This document shows, one piece after another, positions 1-11,000 of a stretch of DNA of 41,865 nt (position 1 is its first letter; the number at the start of each line of letters is the position of its first letter). The stretch spans positions 1 to 41,865 of the forward strand of contig JAWOHY010000198.1 of NCBI GenBank assembly GCA_046484945.1. Reading direction: 5' to 3'. A model generated the notes under the pieces. It saw only the letters and a program-made list of their open reading frames with translations. It searched no databases and was not told where the DNA came from. The position numbers and the translations under genes are program-made. The DNA comes from Bacteroidales bacterium (GTDB taxonomy: Bacteria > Bacteroidota > Bacteroidia > Bacteroidales > JAGOPY01).

Positions 1-3000
1 ATGACAAATGTCGAATTACCGGGTTTCTGGCTTCCGAATGACGAGGGTTACCCTAACCTGCCCGGCGGAGGCCGCTACATTGCCATTCCGCAAGGATCTG
101 AACCGGTGTTGAAGATCGTTTATCAGCGGACGGAAACTTACCGCGATATTGAAATAGCGCCTGCGCCACGCATCCCGCTCGAAACTGAAACCGGGCCGCT
201 GGAATATCCTACCCGTACCGATGTTTACAGCAAGAATGCATTTTATCCTGAATCGCCTGTTAAATTATCGGATCCGTCCCGGTTCCGTGGGGTTGACGTT
301 GTCATGGTTGGCATAACCCCCTTCCAGTACAATCCTGTAACCAAAGAGCTGGTTGTATACCGGGACATTGAGATCGAGATTGAATTCCGCGGAGGCAACG
401 GTCAGTTCGGTGAAGAACGTTTCCGCAGCCGTTTCTGGGATCCCATCCTGGCCGATGCCATCCTCAACTTTGAAACGCTCCCTGCAGTGGATTATTCCCA
501 ACGTACTATTGCCCAACGCAGTTCCGAAGGATGTGAATACCTGATCATTATCCCTGACGGCCCCGATTACATTACATGGGCAAACCAGCTTAGAACCTTC
601 CGGATCAAACAAGGTATCTCCACTGAAATTGTCACCCTTTCAGAGATCGGGGGGAACAATACCACCATGATCAAATCTTATATCACCAACGCTTATAATA
701 ACTGGGACCCTGTTCCGGCCGCCATTCTTTTCATGGGCGACTACGGTACCAACCAGAATAACAATATCCTTTCCCCCATTTATAACAACTACTGCGTTTC
801 CGATAATATGTTCGTGGATATAAACAATGACCACATGCCCGATTTCGCCCACGCCAGGATGACGGCCAATGACAACGCGCAGCTGGAAACATTTGTTACC
901 AAGATCATTAATTATGAAACCAATCCACCGATCAATCCTGGTTTCTATGACAATCCGATTACCGCCCTGGGCTGGCAGACAGTACGCTGGTTCCAGATCT
1001 GTTCTGAATCGGTCGGTGGATATTTCAAGCATGTTCACGGAAAAAATCCCGTCCGGATCAATGAAATCTATGCCGGTAATCCCAATGTCGATCCCTGGTC
1101 GACAGCACAAAATACCTCAACTGTACTGGGGGTCTTTGGTCCGAGCGGACTGGGCTATATCCCTGAATCACCCCAAACACTGGGAGGATGGTCAGGCGGC
1201 AATGCTACGATGATCAACAATGCGATCAACAGCGGCGCTTTTATACTGCAACATCGTGACCATGGCAGCACAACAGGCTGGGGCGAGCCGGCTTACTCCA
1301 GTAACAATATTAACGGCCTGACCAATACCGATCTGACATTTGTCTTTTCTATCAATTGCCTGACCGGTAAATATAACCTGACCAGCGAATGTTTCACGGA
1401 GAAATTCCATCGTCACCGCCATAACAATATCAACAGCGGAGCGCTCGGGGTCAATGCCGCTTCCGAAACCAGCTATTCTTTTGTAAACGATACGTATGTT
1501 TGGGGGATGTTCGATAATATGTGGCCCGATTTTATGCCGCAATACGGCTCCAACCCGCCCGAAAGGGGACTCCTCCCCGCTTTCGGCATGGTGGCCGGGA
1601 AGTATTTCCTGCAGCAGTCGAGCTGGCCATATAATACCAATAACAAAGAAGTGACTTACCACCTGTTCCACCATCACGGCGGGGCATTCCAGACGCTCTA
1701 TTCAGAGGTCCCGCAAGACTTGGCAATTTTCCACGACGGGGTGATCCTGGCAGGCCTTAATGAATTTACCATCACTGCCGATGCCGGCTCCACCATATGC
1801 CTCACCGTGGGAAATAATATTATCGGATTGGCAGAGGGAACCGGAAATCCGGTGGTGATGACCATCACCCCGCAACCGGTCGGAACAACTGTTTCGCTTA
1901 CCGTGACTAAAACCAACTACTACCGTTATGAAGAACCCATTGAAGTGATCCCCGCTACCGGTGCTTATTGTATCTATGGGGCGCATGCCCTCAACGATTC
2001 CACAGGTAATAACAACGGCCTGCCCGATTACAACGAGACCATCAACCTGAGCCTGACCATCCGGAACGTCGGCCTGGCCAACGGCGAGGAGGTGACCGTT
2101 TACCTCACGACTACCGATCCGTATATTACAATTATTGACGGAGAAGAGTTCTACGGAGCTATCCCCTCCCAGCAATCTGTAACGATAGCAGACGGCTTTG
2201 AGTTTCATATTGCTGAAAATACACCCGATCAGCACCAGGTCATCTTCAATATTCAATCGACCGATGGAGCCAGTACCTGGAACAGCCTGTTTACCATCCG
2301 GGTGAATTCGCCGGTTCTGAATATCAACAGCCTGACAATCAACGATCAGATCAATGGGAATGGCAACGGCAAACTGGACCCGGGCGAGCAGGTGAAGATG
2401 ACCATTAATTACAACAATACCGGGCATGCCGTGGCTTATGGCATCGATGTTTACCTGGAAGGGCAGTCGGGATTTGTTGAAATCCTCAATCCCAACCAGC
2501 ACTTTAACTCCATAGGGTTCTTTGGCATGTTCAATAAAGTGTTCGACGTAGAAATTGATGAAGATGCCCCTGAGGGGATCCTGGTAAATTTCCTGAATGA
2601 ACTCTCCATGGGGATCTTCCAGGAGGATAGAATATTCTATGAGAAGATCAGCGCCAAGATGGAAAATTTTGAAACCGGCAATTTCACAAAATTCCCCTGG
2701 CAGCATGCCGGCGACCAGCCCTGGCAGGTCACCAACCAGTATCCCTACCAGGGGTTCTTCAGCGCCAGGTCCGGTGCAATTGGCGACAATCAATCCTCCG
2801 AATTGAAGCTTACCTATAACGTCATGACTGCCGATTCGATATCGTTCATCCGAAAAGTGTCATCCGAACCCAACGATAAACTGCAGTTTTTCATTGGCAA
2901 CGAAATGATGGGTGAATGGTCAGGAACCGGAACGGGATGGGTACGGGAGGCTTATCCGGTAAGCGCCGGCAACAAAACCTTCCGCTGGGTATATACGAAA

Positions 3001-3879
3001 AACTCCTCTGCCAGTGGCGGGGTAGACATGGCCTGGCTGGATAACATCGTTTTCCCGCCGCCGGTTTGCCTGACCCTCTGGGCCGGACCTGATTCAGAAG
3101 TCTGTTCCGGAGATACTTTCAAACCAGAGAAAGCTTACGGTACCGCTTACACAACCTGTGAATGGACCACCTCCGGAACCGGTACATTCAACAACAATAC
3201 CATCATCCAGCCGGTCTATACCCCGAGTGATGATGACATCGCTGCCGGAAGCGTGGAACTGACGCTTGACCTATGGAATGCCGGTGGTGACAATGTAACC
3301 GATGAAATGTTACTCACGTTCAAGTTTGCCCCTGAAGCGCCACCGGTTCCTGACGGGCCCGATTACATCGACCTTTACCTGACGACGACATCTGAATATA
3401 CAACCGCAGGTATTCCCGGATCCACTGATTACACTTGGTACCTGGAACCGGAAGAAGCAGGAGCTATCGAAGGCAATGGCATGACGTCTTTGGTCACCTG
3501 GGACCCGGATTACCTCGGAATGGCCTATGTTTCAGTCACTGCATCCAATGAGTGCGGCGAAGGAGAAGTATCAGAAGCTTTTGAAGTGACTGTCGATAAT
3601 ACGGTAGGTATTCCACAGACCATCGACGAAAGTTTTGGGGTTTCTGTTTTTCCGAACCCCGGCGATGGAAAATACCAGGTAACCGTCACGAGCGCTGATC
3701 GCGCAGACCTGAGCCTGAAAGTATTTAATGTTCTGGGAAGCCTGATATATGAAAGCCTGCAAACATCTGACGGTATCATCCATGAAACGCTCAACCTGGA
3801 AAATCTGCCCAATGGCATTTACTTCCTGGAAATCCGTCACCACGACCAGGTGATCACCAGGAAACTGATCAAGCGATAA
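1..3879 (+). CDS. C25 family (gingipain-like) cysteine peptidase with T9SS C-terminal domain; probably 5'-truncated by the window edge
   Basis: C25 propeptide motif PFQYNPVTKEL; catalytic dyad HRDHG and SINCLTG; Ig-like repeats (NNNGLPDYNE, GNGKLDPGE); CTD VFPNP...GIYFLEI...RKLIKR. No signal peptide, and the ORF starts at base 1. Confidence 0.88.
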   Translation: MTNVELPGFWLPNDEGYPNLPGGGRYIAIPQGSEPVLKIVYQRTETYRDIEIAPAPRIPLETETGPLEYPTRTDVYSKNAFYPESPVKLSDPSRFRGVDVVMVGITPFQYNPVTKELVVYRDIEIEIEFRGGNGQFGEERFRSRFWDPILADAILNFETLPAVDYSQRTIAQRSSEGCEYLIIIPDGPDYITWANQLRTFRIKQGISTEIVTLSEIGGNNTTMIKSYITNAYNNWDPVPAAILFMGDYGTNQNNNILSPIYNNYCVSDNMFVDINNDHMPDFAHARMTANDNAQLETFVTKIINYETNPPINPGFYDNPITALGWQTVRWFQICSESVGGYFKHVHGKNPVRINEIYAGNPNVDPWSTAQNTSTVLGVFGPSGLGYIPESPQTLGGWSGGNATMINNAINSGAFILQHRDHGSTTGWGEPAYSSNNINGLTNTDLTFVFSINCLTGKYNLTSECFTEKFHRHRHNNINSGALGVNAASETSYSFVNDTYVWGMFDNMWPDFMPQYGSNPPERGLLPAFGMVAGKYFLQQSSWPYNTNNKEVTYHLFHHHGGAFQTLYSEVPQDLAIFHDGVILAGLNEFTITADAGSTICLTVGNNIIGLAEGTGNPVVMTITPQPVGTTVSLTVTKTNYYRYEEPIEVIPATGAYCIYGAHALNDSTGNNNGLPDYNETINLSLTIRNVGLANGEEVTVYLTTTDPYITIIDGEEFYGAIPSQQSVTIADGFEFHIAENTPDQHQVIFNIQSTDGASTWNSLFTIRVNSPVLNINSLTINDQINGNGNGKLDPGEQVKMTINYNNTGHAVAYGIDVYLEGQSGFVEILNPNQHFNSIGFFGMFNKVFDVEIDEDAPEGILVNFLNELSMGIFQEDRIFYEKISAKMENFETGNFTKFPWQHAGDQPWQVTNQYPYQGFFSARSGAIGDNQSSELKLTYNVMTADSISFIRKVSSEPNDKLQFFIGNEMMGEWSGTGTGWVREAYPVSAGNKTFRWVYTKNSSASGGVDMAWLDNIVFPPPVCLTLWAGPDSEVCSGDTFKPEKAYGTAYTTCEWTTSGTGTFNNNTIIQPVYTPSDDDIAAGSVELTLDLWNAGGDNVTDEMLLTFKFAPEAPPVPDGPDYIDLYLTTTSEYTTAGIPGSTDYTWYLEPEEAGAIEGNGMTSLVTWDPDYLGMAYVSVTASNECGEGEVSEAFEVTVDNTVGIPQTIDESFGVSVFPNPGDGKYQVTVTSADRADLSLKVFNVLGSLIYESLQTSDGIIHETLNLENLPNGIYFLEIRHHDQVITRKLIKR

Positions 3880-3890
3880 ATAGCGGAATT

Positions 3891-4051
3891 TTACCAGTCC
3901 GACGACTTAAGCCGTCGATTCCAAATATACCAGGAACCAACGGCTTTAGTCGTTGGAGTAAGAATCTCTTTGGCTTCTGTCGTTGTGGCACAATCCAGAT
4001 CCAGGCAGTAAACCAGGAACCGACAGGTTTACCTGTCGGGAGAATAGTCAA
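3891..4051 (+). mobile_element. Non-autonomous IS200/IS605-like hairpin element (PATE/MITE-like)
   Basis: Three imperfect palindromes at 3900-3917, 3937-3956 and 4020-4039. TTAC at 3891-3894 precedes the first. The last reads GGAA-CCGACAGG-TTTA-CCTGTCGG-GAGAATAG-TCAA, resembling an IS608-type right end. Confidence 0.55.
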
Positions 4052-4094
4052 TCATCTGACGGGTAAACCCCTGCCATTAAAATTAAAAAATGCT

Positions 4095-4102
4095 TACTTT
4101 TG
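4095..4102 (+). promoter_or_regulatory. Bacteroidetes sigma-A -7 element (TACTTTTG)
   Basis: Matches TAnnTTTG, about 25 nt upstream of ATG 4127. Confidence 0.6.
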
Positions 4103-4126
4103 CATTTAGTACAATTTATTAACATT

Positions 4127-7100
4127 ATGAAAAACTTAACTGCGTTTTTTCTTTCCTTACTCTTTGTTATTCAATCATTTGCGAATGACTGGACCAATAT
4201 CCGCTCCGAATATCCCCGGCCGGCTGAAAAAGAACTGCTATCTTCCAATATGGAGATTTCCGTAATCCGGTTTTCCCTTGATGGTTTTCTGACACAAACT
4301 GTGACAACAGCTCTCGGTGAGGCAATGATCATCAGCCTCGACAAAGCCACCCCCATCCTTGAGCAGGGCGCACCCGATCTTCCGAAAATGACTGCCTCGG
4401 TCATCATTCCCGACCTGGCCCGGATGCAGATAGAAGTTACGGAAGCTTCTTACCGCGACTTTGAAAATGTTATCGTGGCACCATCTAAGGGAAACCTCAC
4501 CCGCGATATCGACCCGGCGACAGTTCCTTATGAATTCGGAACTGAATACCAGCAAAACGCTTTCTTTCCGGGAAAACTGGCCGATATGCGCGAACCATAT
4601 ATTATGAGGGATCATCGCGGCCAGACAGTGATCGTGTATCCGTTTCAGTATAATCCTGTCACCAGGACTTTGAGGGTTTATACAGATATTACGGTAAAAA
4701 TCAGCAAGGTTGATGACACCGGCATCAATCCACTGGTCCGTGCGCAGGAACCCGATGTGATCGATGCCCAGTTTCACCATTTGTATAACCGTCACTTTTT
4801 AAACGCCGGAAGTTCCAGCAGATATACACCAGTCAGCGAATTTGGCAATATCCTGGTCATCTCTTACGGGGCCTTTATGAATGCCATGGAACCCTACGTT
4901 CTCTGGAGAAAACAGGTAGGATACCCGATTGAAATGGTGGATGTGGGAACGATTGGCAATTCGACAGCGATTAAATCATTTATCGCCAATTATTATAATA
5001 CCAAAGGTTTGACATTCGTTTTGCTGGTTGGCGACGCCGCCCAGGTACCGACTTCTTCCACCTCGGCCGGGCATTCTGACGTCAATTACTCTTACATTGT
5101 AGGTAATGACCATTATCCCGACCTGTTTGTCGGCCGTTTCTCCGCTGAAAATATCGACCAGGTGAATACGCAGGTGCAACGAACGCTGACCTATGAACAA
5201 AACCCGCCGACAGAAGTAGACTGGTTTACGATCTGCACAGGGATTGCCTCCAACCAGGGGCCCGGAGATGATGGCGAATATGATTATCAACATATCCGCA
5301 ACATTCAGAACAACAAGCTGATCCCCTTCACCTACACTTACGGCAATGAACTGTATGATGGCAGCCAGGGCGGTAATGATGCATCGGGAAACCCGACCCC
5401 CACCATGGTAGCCACTGATGTCAACAACGGCACTGGCATCATCAATTACTGCGGTCATGGCAGCAACACTTCCTGGAGCACATCCGGTTTTTCCAACGGT
5501 GATGTCAATAACCTGGTGAATACAAACATGCTCCCCTTCATCTGGTCAGTGGCCTGTGTAAACGGGAATTTTGTCAATACCACCTGTTTCGCAGAAGCCT
5601 GGCTCAGGGCGACACACAACGGCGAGCCGACAGGGGCCATCGCTTTCCTGGGATCCACCATCAACCAATCATGGAACCCTCCCATGTGCGGGCAGGACGA
5701 AATGAACGACGTACTGGTGGAAACCTATCAGAACAATATCAACCGTACTTTCGGAGCCCTTTCCATGCACGGTTGCATGCAGATGAACGACGAATACGGC
5801 AGTGCCGGTTTTGAAATGACCGACACCTGGACATGCTTCGGGGATCCGAGCGTTATGGTGCGCACCGCCGTGCCACAAGACATGACCGTGATCCATGATC
5901 CGGTCATCTTAATTGGCGCCACACAAATGACCATCCTTTGCGATGCTGAAGGAGGAAGGGCTTCCCTGTCGATCGATGGTACATTGCTCTGTACCGAGAT
6001 CATTCAGGGAGGTTCGGTAACACTCAATTTCACTGCACTGAACAACCCGGGAAGCGTTACACTGACCATTACCGCCTTTAATTACATGCCTTATATCACT
6101 GAGATCGAAGTAATTCCCGCCTCGGGCCCTTATGTCGTCATGGATGCTTATCAGGTAAATGACCCCACCGGCAATAACAATGGCCTGCCAGATTACAACG
6201 AAACAATACACCTGACCATGACAATGAAAAACATGGGTGTCCTTGATGGAACGGATGTCATGGTGATCCTTTCCTCAAATGATCCTTACATTACAATTAC
6301 CGATTACAGCGAACTATTCCCGCTCATTCCCGCCGGCGGAACAGCCACCATCGCCGATGCCTTTACATTTTTTATCGCCAGCGATGTCCCTGACCAGCAT
6401 TCGGTTATTTTCAACCTTACTGCCGATGACGGATCAGACTCCTGGGAAAGTATGTTCATCATGGATATCAATGCCCCCGTCCTGAACATCAACAGCATTA
6501 CAATAAATGACAATTTATACGGTAACGGTAACGGTGAACTTGACCCGGGCGAACGGGCCGACATGACCATCAATTATACCAATTCCGGTCATGCGGTGGC
6601 TTATGATATAGGTGTCTACCTGGAAGGGCGCTCGGGATTTGTTGAAATCATCAATCCCACACAACATTTTAACTCCATTGGCTTCTTTGGGGCTTTTAAC
6701 AAAACCTTCACCGTTACGGTAGATGATGAAGCCCCCGCCGGTATTACCGTCGACTTTGTCAATGAACTGACCATGGGAGATCATTTCCAGGACAGGACCT
6801 TCCCGTTAAAGATCACTGCCAAATGTGAAGATTTTGAGACCGGTGATTTCACCCAATTCAACTGGCAGCATGGTGGAAATCAGCCCTGGCAGATCACCTA
6901 CCAGTACCCATACCAGGGATTTTACAGCATCCGCTCAGGCAATATAACCCACAATGAGACATCAGAGATATGGCTGACCTATGAGGTCATGTCGGCCGAC
7001 AGCATCATATTCATCCGCAAGGTTTCTTCAGAATCGTCAGACCATCTGAAATTTTATATTAACAACCAGTTGATGGGTGAATGGTCGGGTACGACCGGCG

Positions 7101-8050
7101 GATGGAAAAGAGAGGCCTTTGCCGTGAGCGGGGGCATGAAGACCTTCAAATGGGTTTATGAGAAGAATGGCATGGGTAGCGCAGGAACTGACTGTGGCTG
7201 GCTGGATAATATCATATTCCCCTCCCCTATGGTGCTGACCATCTGGGCGGGACCGGATGATAAGGTTTGTTCAGGCGAATCCTATCTGCTGTCCAGCGCT
7301 TACGGGACTGACTATGACCAGGCCGAGTGGAACACTTCCGGCACCGGAACGTTTAACGATCAAAACATCATTAACCCCCAGTATATTCCCAGCGATGATG
7401 ACATCACTGAGGGAGAGGTTCAGCTGACACTGACCCTCTGGGGAGATGGGGGAAACATGGTTTCCGATGAAATGAGCCTGGGGTTCAGGGCTGTGCCGGA
7501 AGCACCGCCCCCCCCCCAGGGCCCGGATTATATCGATGTTTCGGTTACTCAGGTTTCAGAATACCTGGTTACAGGCATTGCCGGAGCAGATGACTATACC
7601 TGGACGCTGGAACCGGATGAAGCCGGCACCATCATCGGGCAGGATACCAATGCCACGGTAAGCTGGAATGCCGGATTCACGGGAACCGCCCATGTCACGG
7701 TCGCGGGTTGGAATGAATGCGGGACCGGACCTGTTTCACCCGCGTTGGAAGTAGTGGTGGATAATACGTTGGTGACTGTTACGGATCCACTTCCTGATGG
7801 TTCATCCATCAAGATATATCCTAATCCTGCTTCCGGCATGCTTCACCTGGAATGGCCAGACTCAACCATCGAAAACATGTCCGTCAGTATTTATGGCCTG
7901 GCGGGCAACATAGTATTTAATCAGGAAAGCGCCAGGACTGCTGGCGGGCAGATCATGACCATCGACCTTACGGCATTCTCGCCGGGGATCTATGTCATCG
8001 CACTAACCGGCAACGGGTCCAGGTTCTTCCAGAAACTGATCATCAGATAA
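4127..8050 (+). CDS. C25 gingipain-like peptidase, Arg-gingipain (Rgp)-like catalytic domain, T9SS CTD
   Basis: Signal peptide MKNLTAFFLSLLFVIQSFA (ATG 4127 preferred to TTG 4100); NYCGHGS and SVACVNG dyad; IASNQGPGDDGEYDYQH resembles the RgpB S1 segment; CTD IYPNP...GIYVI...KLIIR. Confidence 0.9.
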   Translation: MKNLTAFFLSLLFVIQSFANDWTNIRSEYPRPAEKELLSSNMEISVIRFSLDGFLTQTVTTALGEAMIISLDKATPILEQGAPDLPKMTASVIIPDLARMQIEVTEASYRDFENVIVAPSKGNLTRDIDPATVPYEFGTEYQQNAFFPGKLADMREPYIMRDHRGQTVIVYPFQYNPVTRTLRVYTDITVKISKVDDTGINPLVRAQEPDVIDAQFHHLYNRHFLNAGSSSRYTPVSEFGNILVISYGAFMNAMEPYVLWRKQVGYPIEMVDVGTIGNSTAIKSFIANYYNTKGLTFVLLVGDAAQVPTSSTSAGHSDVNYSYIVGNDHYPDLFVGRFSAENIDQVNTQVQRTLTYEQNPPTEVDWFTICTGIASNQGPGDDGEYDYQHIRNIQNNKLIPFTYTYGNELYDGSQGGNDASGNPTPTMVATDVNNGTGIINYCGHGSNTSWSTSGFSNGDVNNLVNTNMLPFIWSVACVNGNFVNTTCFAEAWLRATHNGEPTGAIAFLGSTINQSWNPPMCGQDEMNDVLVETYQNNINRTFGALSMHGCMQMNDEYGSAGFEMTDTWTCFGDPSVMVRTAVPQDMTVIHDPVILIGATQMTILCDAEGGRASLSIDGTLLCTEIIQGGSVTLNFTALNNPGSVTLTITAFNYMPYITEIEVIPASGPYVVMDAYQVNDPTGNNNGLPDYNETIHLTMTMKNMGVLDGTDVMVILSSNDPYITITDYSELFPLIPAGGTATIADAFTFFIASDVPDQHSVIFNLTADDGSDSWESMFIMDINAPVLNINSITINDNLYGNGNGELDPGERADMTINYTNSGHAVAYDIGVYLEGRSGFVEIINPTQHFNSIGFFGAFNKTFTVTVDDEAPAGITVDFVNELTMGDHFQDRTFPLKITAKCEDFETGDFTQFNWQHGGNQPWQITYQYPYQGFYSIRSGNITHNETSEIWLTYEVMSADSIIFIRKVSSESSDHLKFYINNQLMGEWSGTTGGWKREAFAVSGGMKTFKWVYEKNGMGSAGTDCGWLDNIIFPSPMVLTIWAGPDDKVCSGESYLLSSAYGTDYDQAEWNTSGTGTFNDQNIINPQYIPSDDDITEGEVQLTLTLWGDGGNMVSDEMSLGFRAVPEAPPPPQGPDYIDVSVTQVSEYLVTGIAGADDYTWTLEPDEAGTIIGQDTNATVSWNAGFTGTAHVTVAGWNECGTGPVSPALEVVVDNTLVTVTDPLPDGSSIKIYPNPASGMLHLEWPDSTIENMSVSIYGLAGNIVFNQESARTAGGQIMTIDLTAFSPGIYVIALTGNGSRFFQKLIIR

Positions 8051-8084
8051 CAAACGTATTCCATCATTTCAACAGCCATGGGTC

Positions 8085-11000
8085 ATGAAAAATTTCATCG
8101 TCTCCTTTATCGTATTACTATCATTTTGCTTCAACCTGCAAGCCGGTAAGATCGAAATCCTGCCTGGCCGGTCAAATGACCTGAAAATCACCGAAAACAC
8201 CTGGCTCACATTCTCTTTCAGCCATATTGCTGCAGAAATCAGGACGCTGGATGTGAAAGCGGAAGGGAGGGATTTTACACAGCTGCTAATGGCTGGTTAT
8301 TCCAGGACCGGTATCATCGGAAGCCCCGAATTACCCGTCAGGAGGGAATTGCTTGAGGTGCCTCAGAATGCCGTTGTAAGACTGGAGATCACTCAGGCGC
8401 GATATACAGACCTTAACCTGGCGGAACTGGGATATCCTTACCCGGTCATGCCGGTACAGGCCCCCGCCATAAAAAGTGAAGAAAGGCACGACTTTGACTT
8501 TGATCCGGAGGCATATCTTTTAGATGCCTTCACCCCGGGCGATCCGGTGACGTTCGAGATCCTTGGCACCATGCGCAGTTACAGGATCGGACGACTGGAT
8601 ATACACCCCGTTCATTATAACCCTGTGACCCATACGCTGAGGGTATATGACCTGATCGAAGCCAGTATTTACTTTGAGCAGGCCGACATTCCGGCTACCC
8701 TGGCACTGAAAGAAAAGTATGAAAACTTCTATTTCCGGAACATCGGGAATACATTGTTGAACAGCCAGCCACCGGCCGGCCGCGATACGGTTGTCTCTTA
8801 TCCCATTACATACCTGATCGTTTCCGATCCGATGTTCGAGGCGCAACTGCAACCTTTCATCCAATGGAAAACCAAACAGGGGTACCATGTCATTGCCGCT
8901 TACACGAATGATCCCCAGGTCGGCACGTCAACCACTGCCATAAAAAACTACATCCAGGGCCAGTACAATAATCCTGCCCCCGGCAAACAACCGCCATCCT
9001 TCTGCCTTCTGGTAGGAGACATTCAGCAAATCCCGGCCTGGAACGGCGTTGCAGGAAGCCATGTTACAGACCTGTACTATTTCGAATACACGGGCGATAT
9101 CTTTCCCGAAATGTATTACGGCAGGTTCTCAGCCCAGAATACGACCCAGTTGCAGCCGCAAATCGATAAAACCATACAGTATGAAAAGTACACCATGCCT
9201 GATCCTACCTATCTGAATGAAGTGGTAATGGTAGCCGGGATGGATGGTTCCTACGGATATTCCCATGCCAACGGCCAGGTCAACTACGGTACGATCAACT
9301 ATTTCAATACTTCTAATGGCATTTTATCACATACATACCTGTATCCATCATCGGGCGGTCAGTCGGCAGCCATCATCCAGAATATCAGCAATGGCGTCAC
9401 TTATGGCAATTATACGGCCCATTGCGGCCCGAACGGTTGGAGTGACCCCTCTTTTACCACATCCAATATTCCATCTCTGCAGAATCAGGACAAGTATGGA
9501 CTGCTGGTGGGCAATTGCTGCCAGTCGAGCAAATTCAATGAAAATGAATGTTTTGCCGAAGCGCTGCTGAGGGCCGAAAACAAGGGAGCGGTCGGTTATA
9601 TTGGCGCTTCCAACAACACCTATTGGAATGAAGATTATTACTGGGCTGTGGGGGTAGGCCAGATTGCCGAAAACCCGCCTCCTTACGAGGAGACTACCCT
9701 GGGGATGTACGACCGGGCTTTTCACACCCATGGGGAGCCCTGGGAAGACTGGTATGCCACTGCCAGCCAGCATATCTATGCAGGGAACCTTGCCGTTACG
9801 CTGGGCGTTCCCAATTCTTCCACTTATTACTGGGAAGCTTACTGTCTCATGGGCGACCCCTCCCTGATGGTTTATTATTCACAACCACAGGCGATGAACG
9901 TATCCTACATCCCCCTGATGCCATTGAATTCCACTTCATTCACCGTGCAGGCCGATCCATATGCCTATGTGGGAATTTCTCTGAACGGGGAGCTGAAAGG
10001 CGCTGCGCTGGCTGATGCCTCTGGCACAGCCGTTGTGCCGCTGGATCCGATCACCACACCCGGAACGGCGGAGATCGTTGTTACGGCCCAGAACAGGCAG
10101 CCTTTTTTCGGAACGGTCATTGCCGCAAACCCCGAAGGTCCGTTCATCCTGGTCAATGACCACTCCTGGCAGGAACTGTCAGGATATCCCAATAACAAGA
10201 TTGAGCCCGGCGAGGTCATCGGGATAAATATAGAGCTGATCAATTACGGTATGAGCGCCGGGACCGATGTAGTGGCCACCCTCAGTACCATGGACGAGTA
10301 TGTTACCATTACCGACGCTTACGAATATTGCGGAGACATCGGGGCGCAATCGACCCAATCATACCAGAACGCATTTTCCGTCATTATTGCCGATTATGTT
10401 CCGAACGGGCACGAAGTGAAATTCATCGTCACAACCCAGGATCTCTCTCGGGAATCGTGGAGTTCAAACATCACACTGGGATTATCGGCACCGGTTCTGA
10501 AACTGAACAGCCTGACAGTGGATGATAGCCAGGGCGGGAACGGAAACGGCCGGATGGACCCGGGAGAAACCGTGAATCTCATAGCTACCTTTTCCAACGA
10601 AGGAAATGCCATCGGCCGGAATACCGTCGCCAGCCTGACAGCCCACAGCGGGTTTGTCAACATCCTCAACCCTGAGCAAACTATCGGAAATTTACCTTTC
10701 TTTGGAAATACACCGGTCATTTTCCAGGCAGAGATCGACAGTAAAGCGCCCGAAGGGATACTCGCCAATTTCGCAGTTAACCTGGTTTCCGAAGCGTATG
10801 AACTGGATGATATCTGCCCGATGAAAATCGGTCTGATCTGTGAAGATTTCGAAACAGGTGACTTCTCAAAATTTCCCTGGAATCACGGTGGCGACATGCC
10901 ATGGACCATTACAAACGTTTTCCCGCAGCAGGGTTTTTATTGCATACGTTCGGGGAATATAGACCATCTGCAATCCTCTGAAATTTCAGTTCATTACCAG

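Noticed and set aside
3900-4039. CRISPR array from three spaced palindromes
   Set aside because: The palindromes differ in sequence, spacing is irregular and no cas genes are present.
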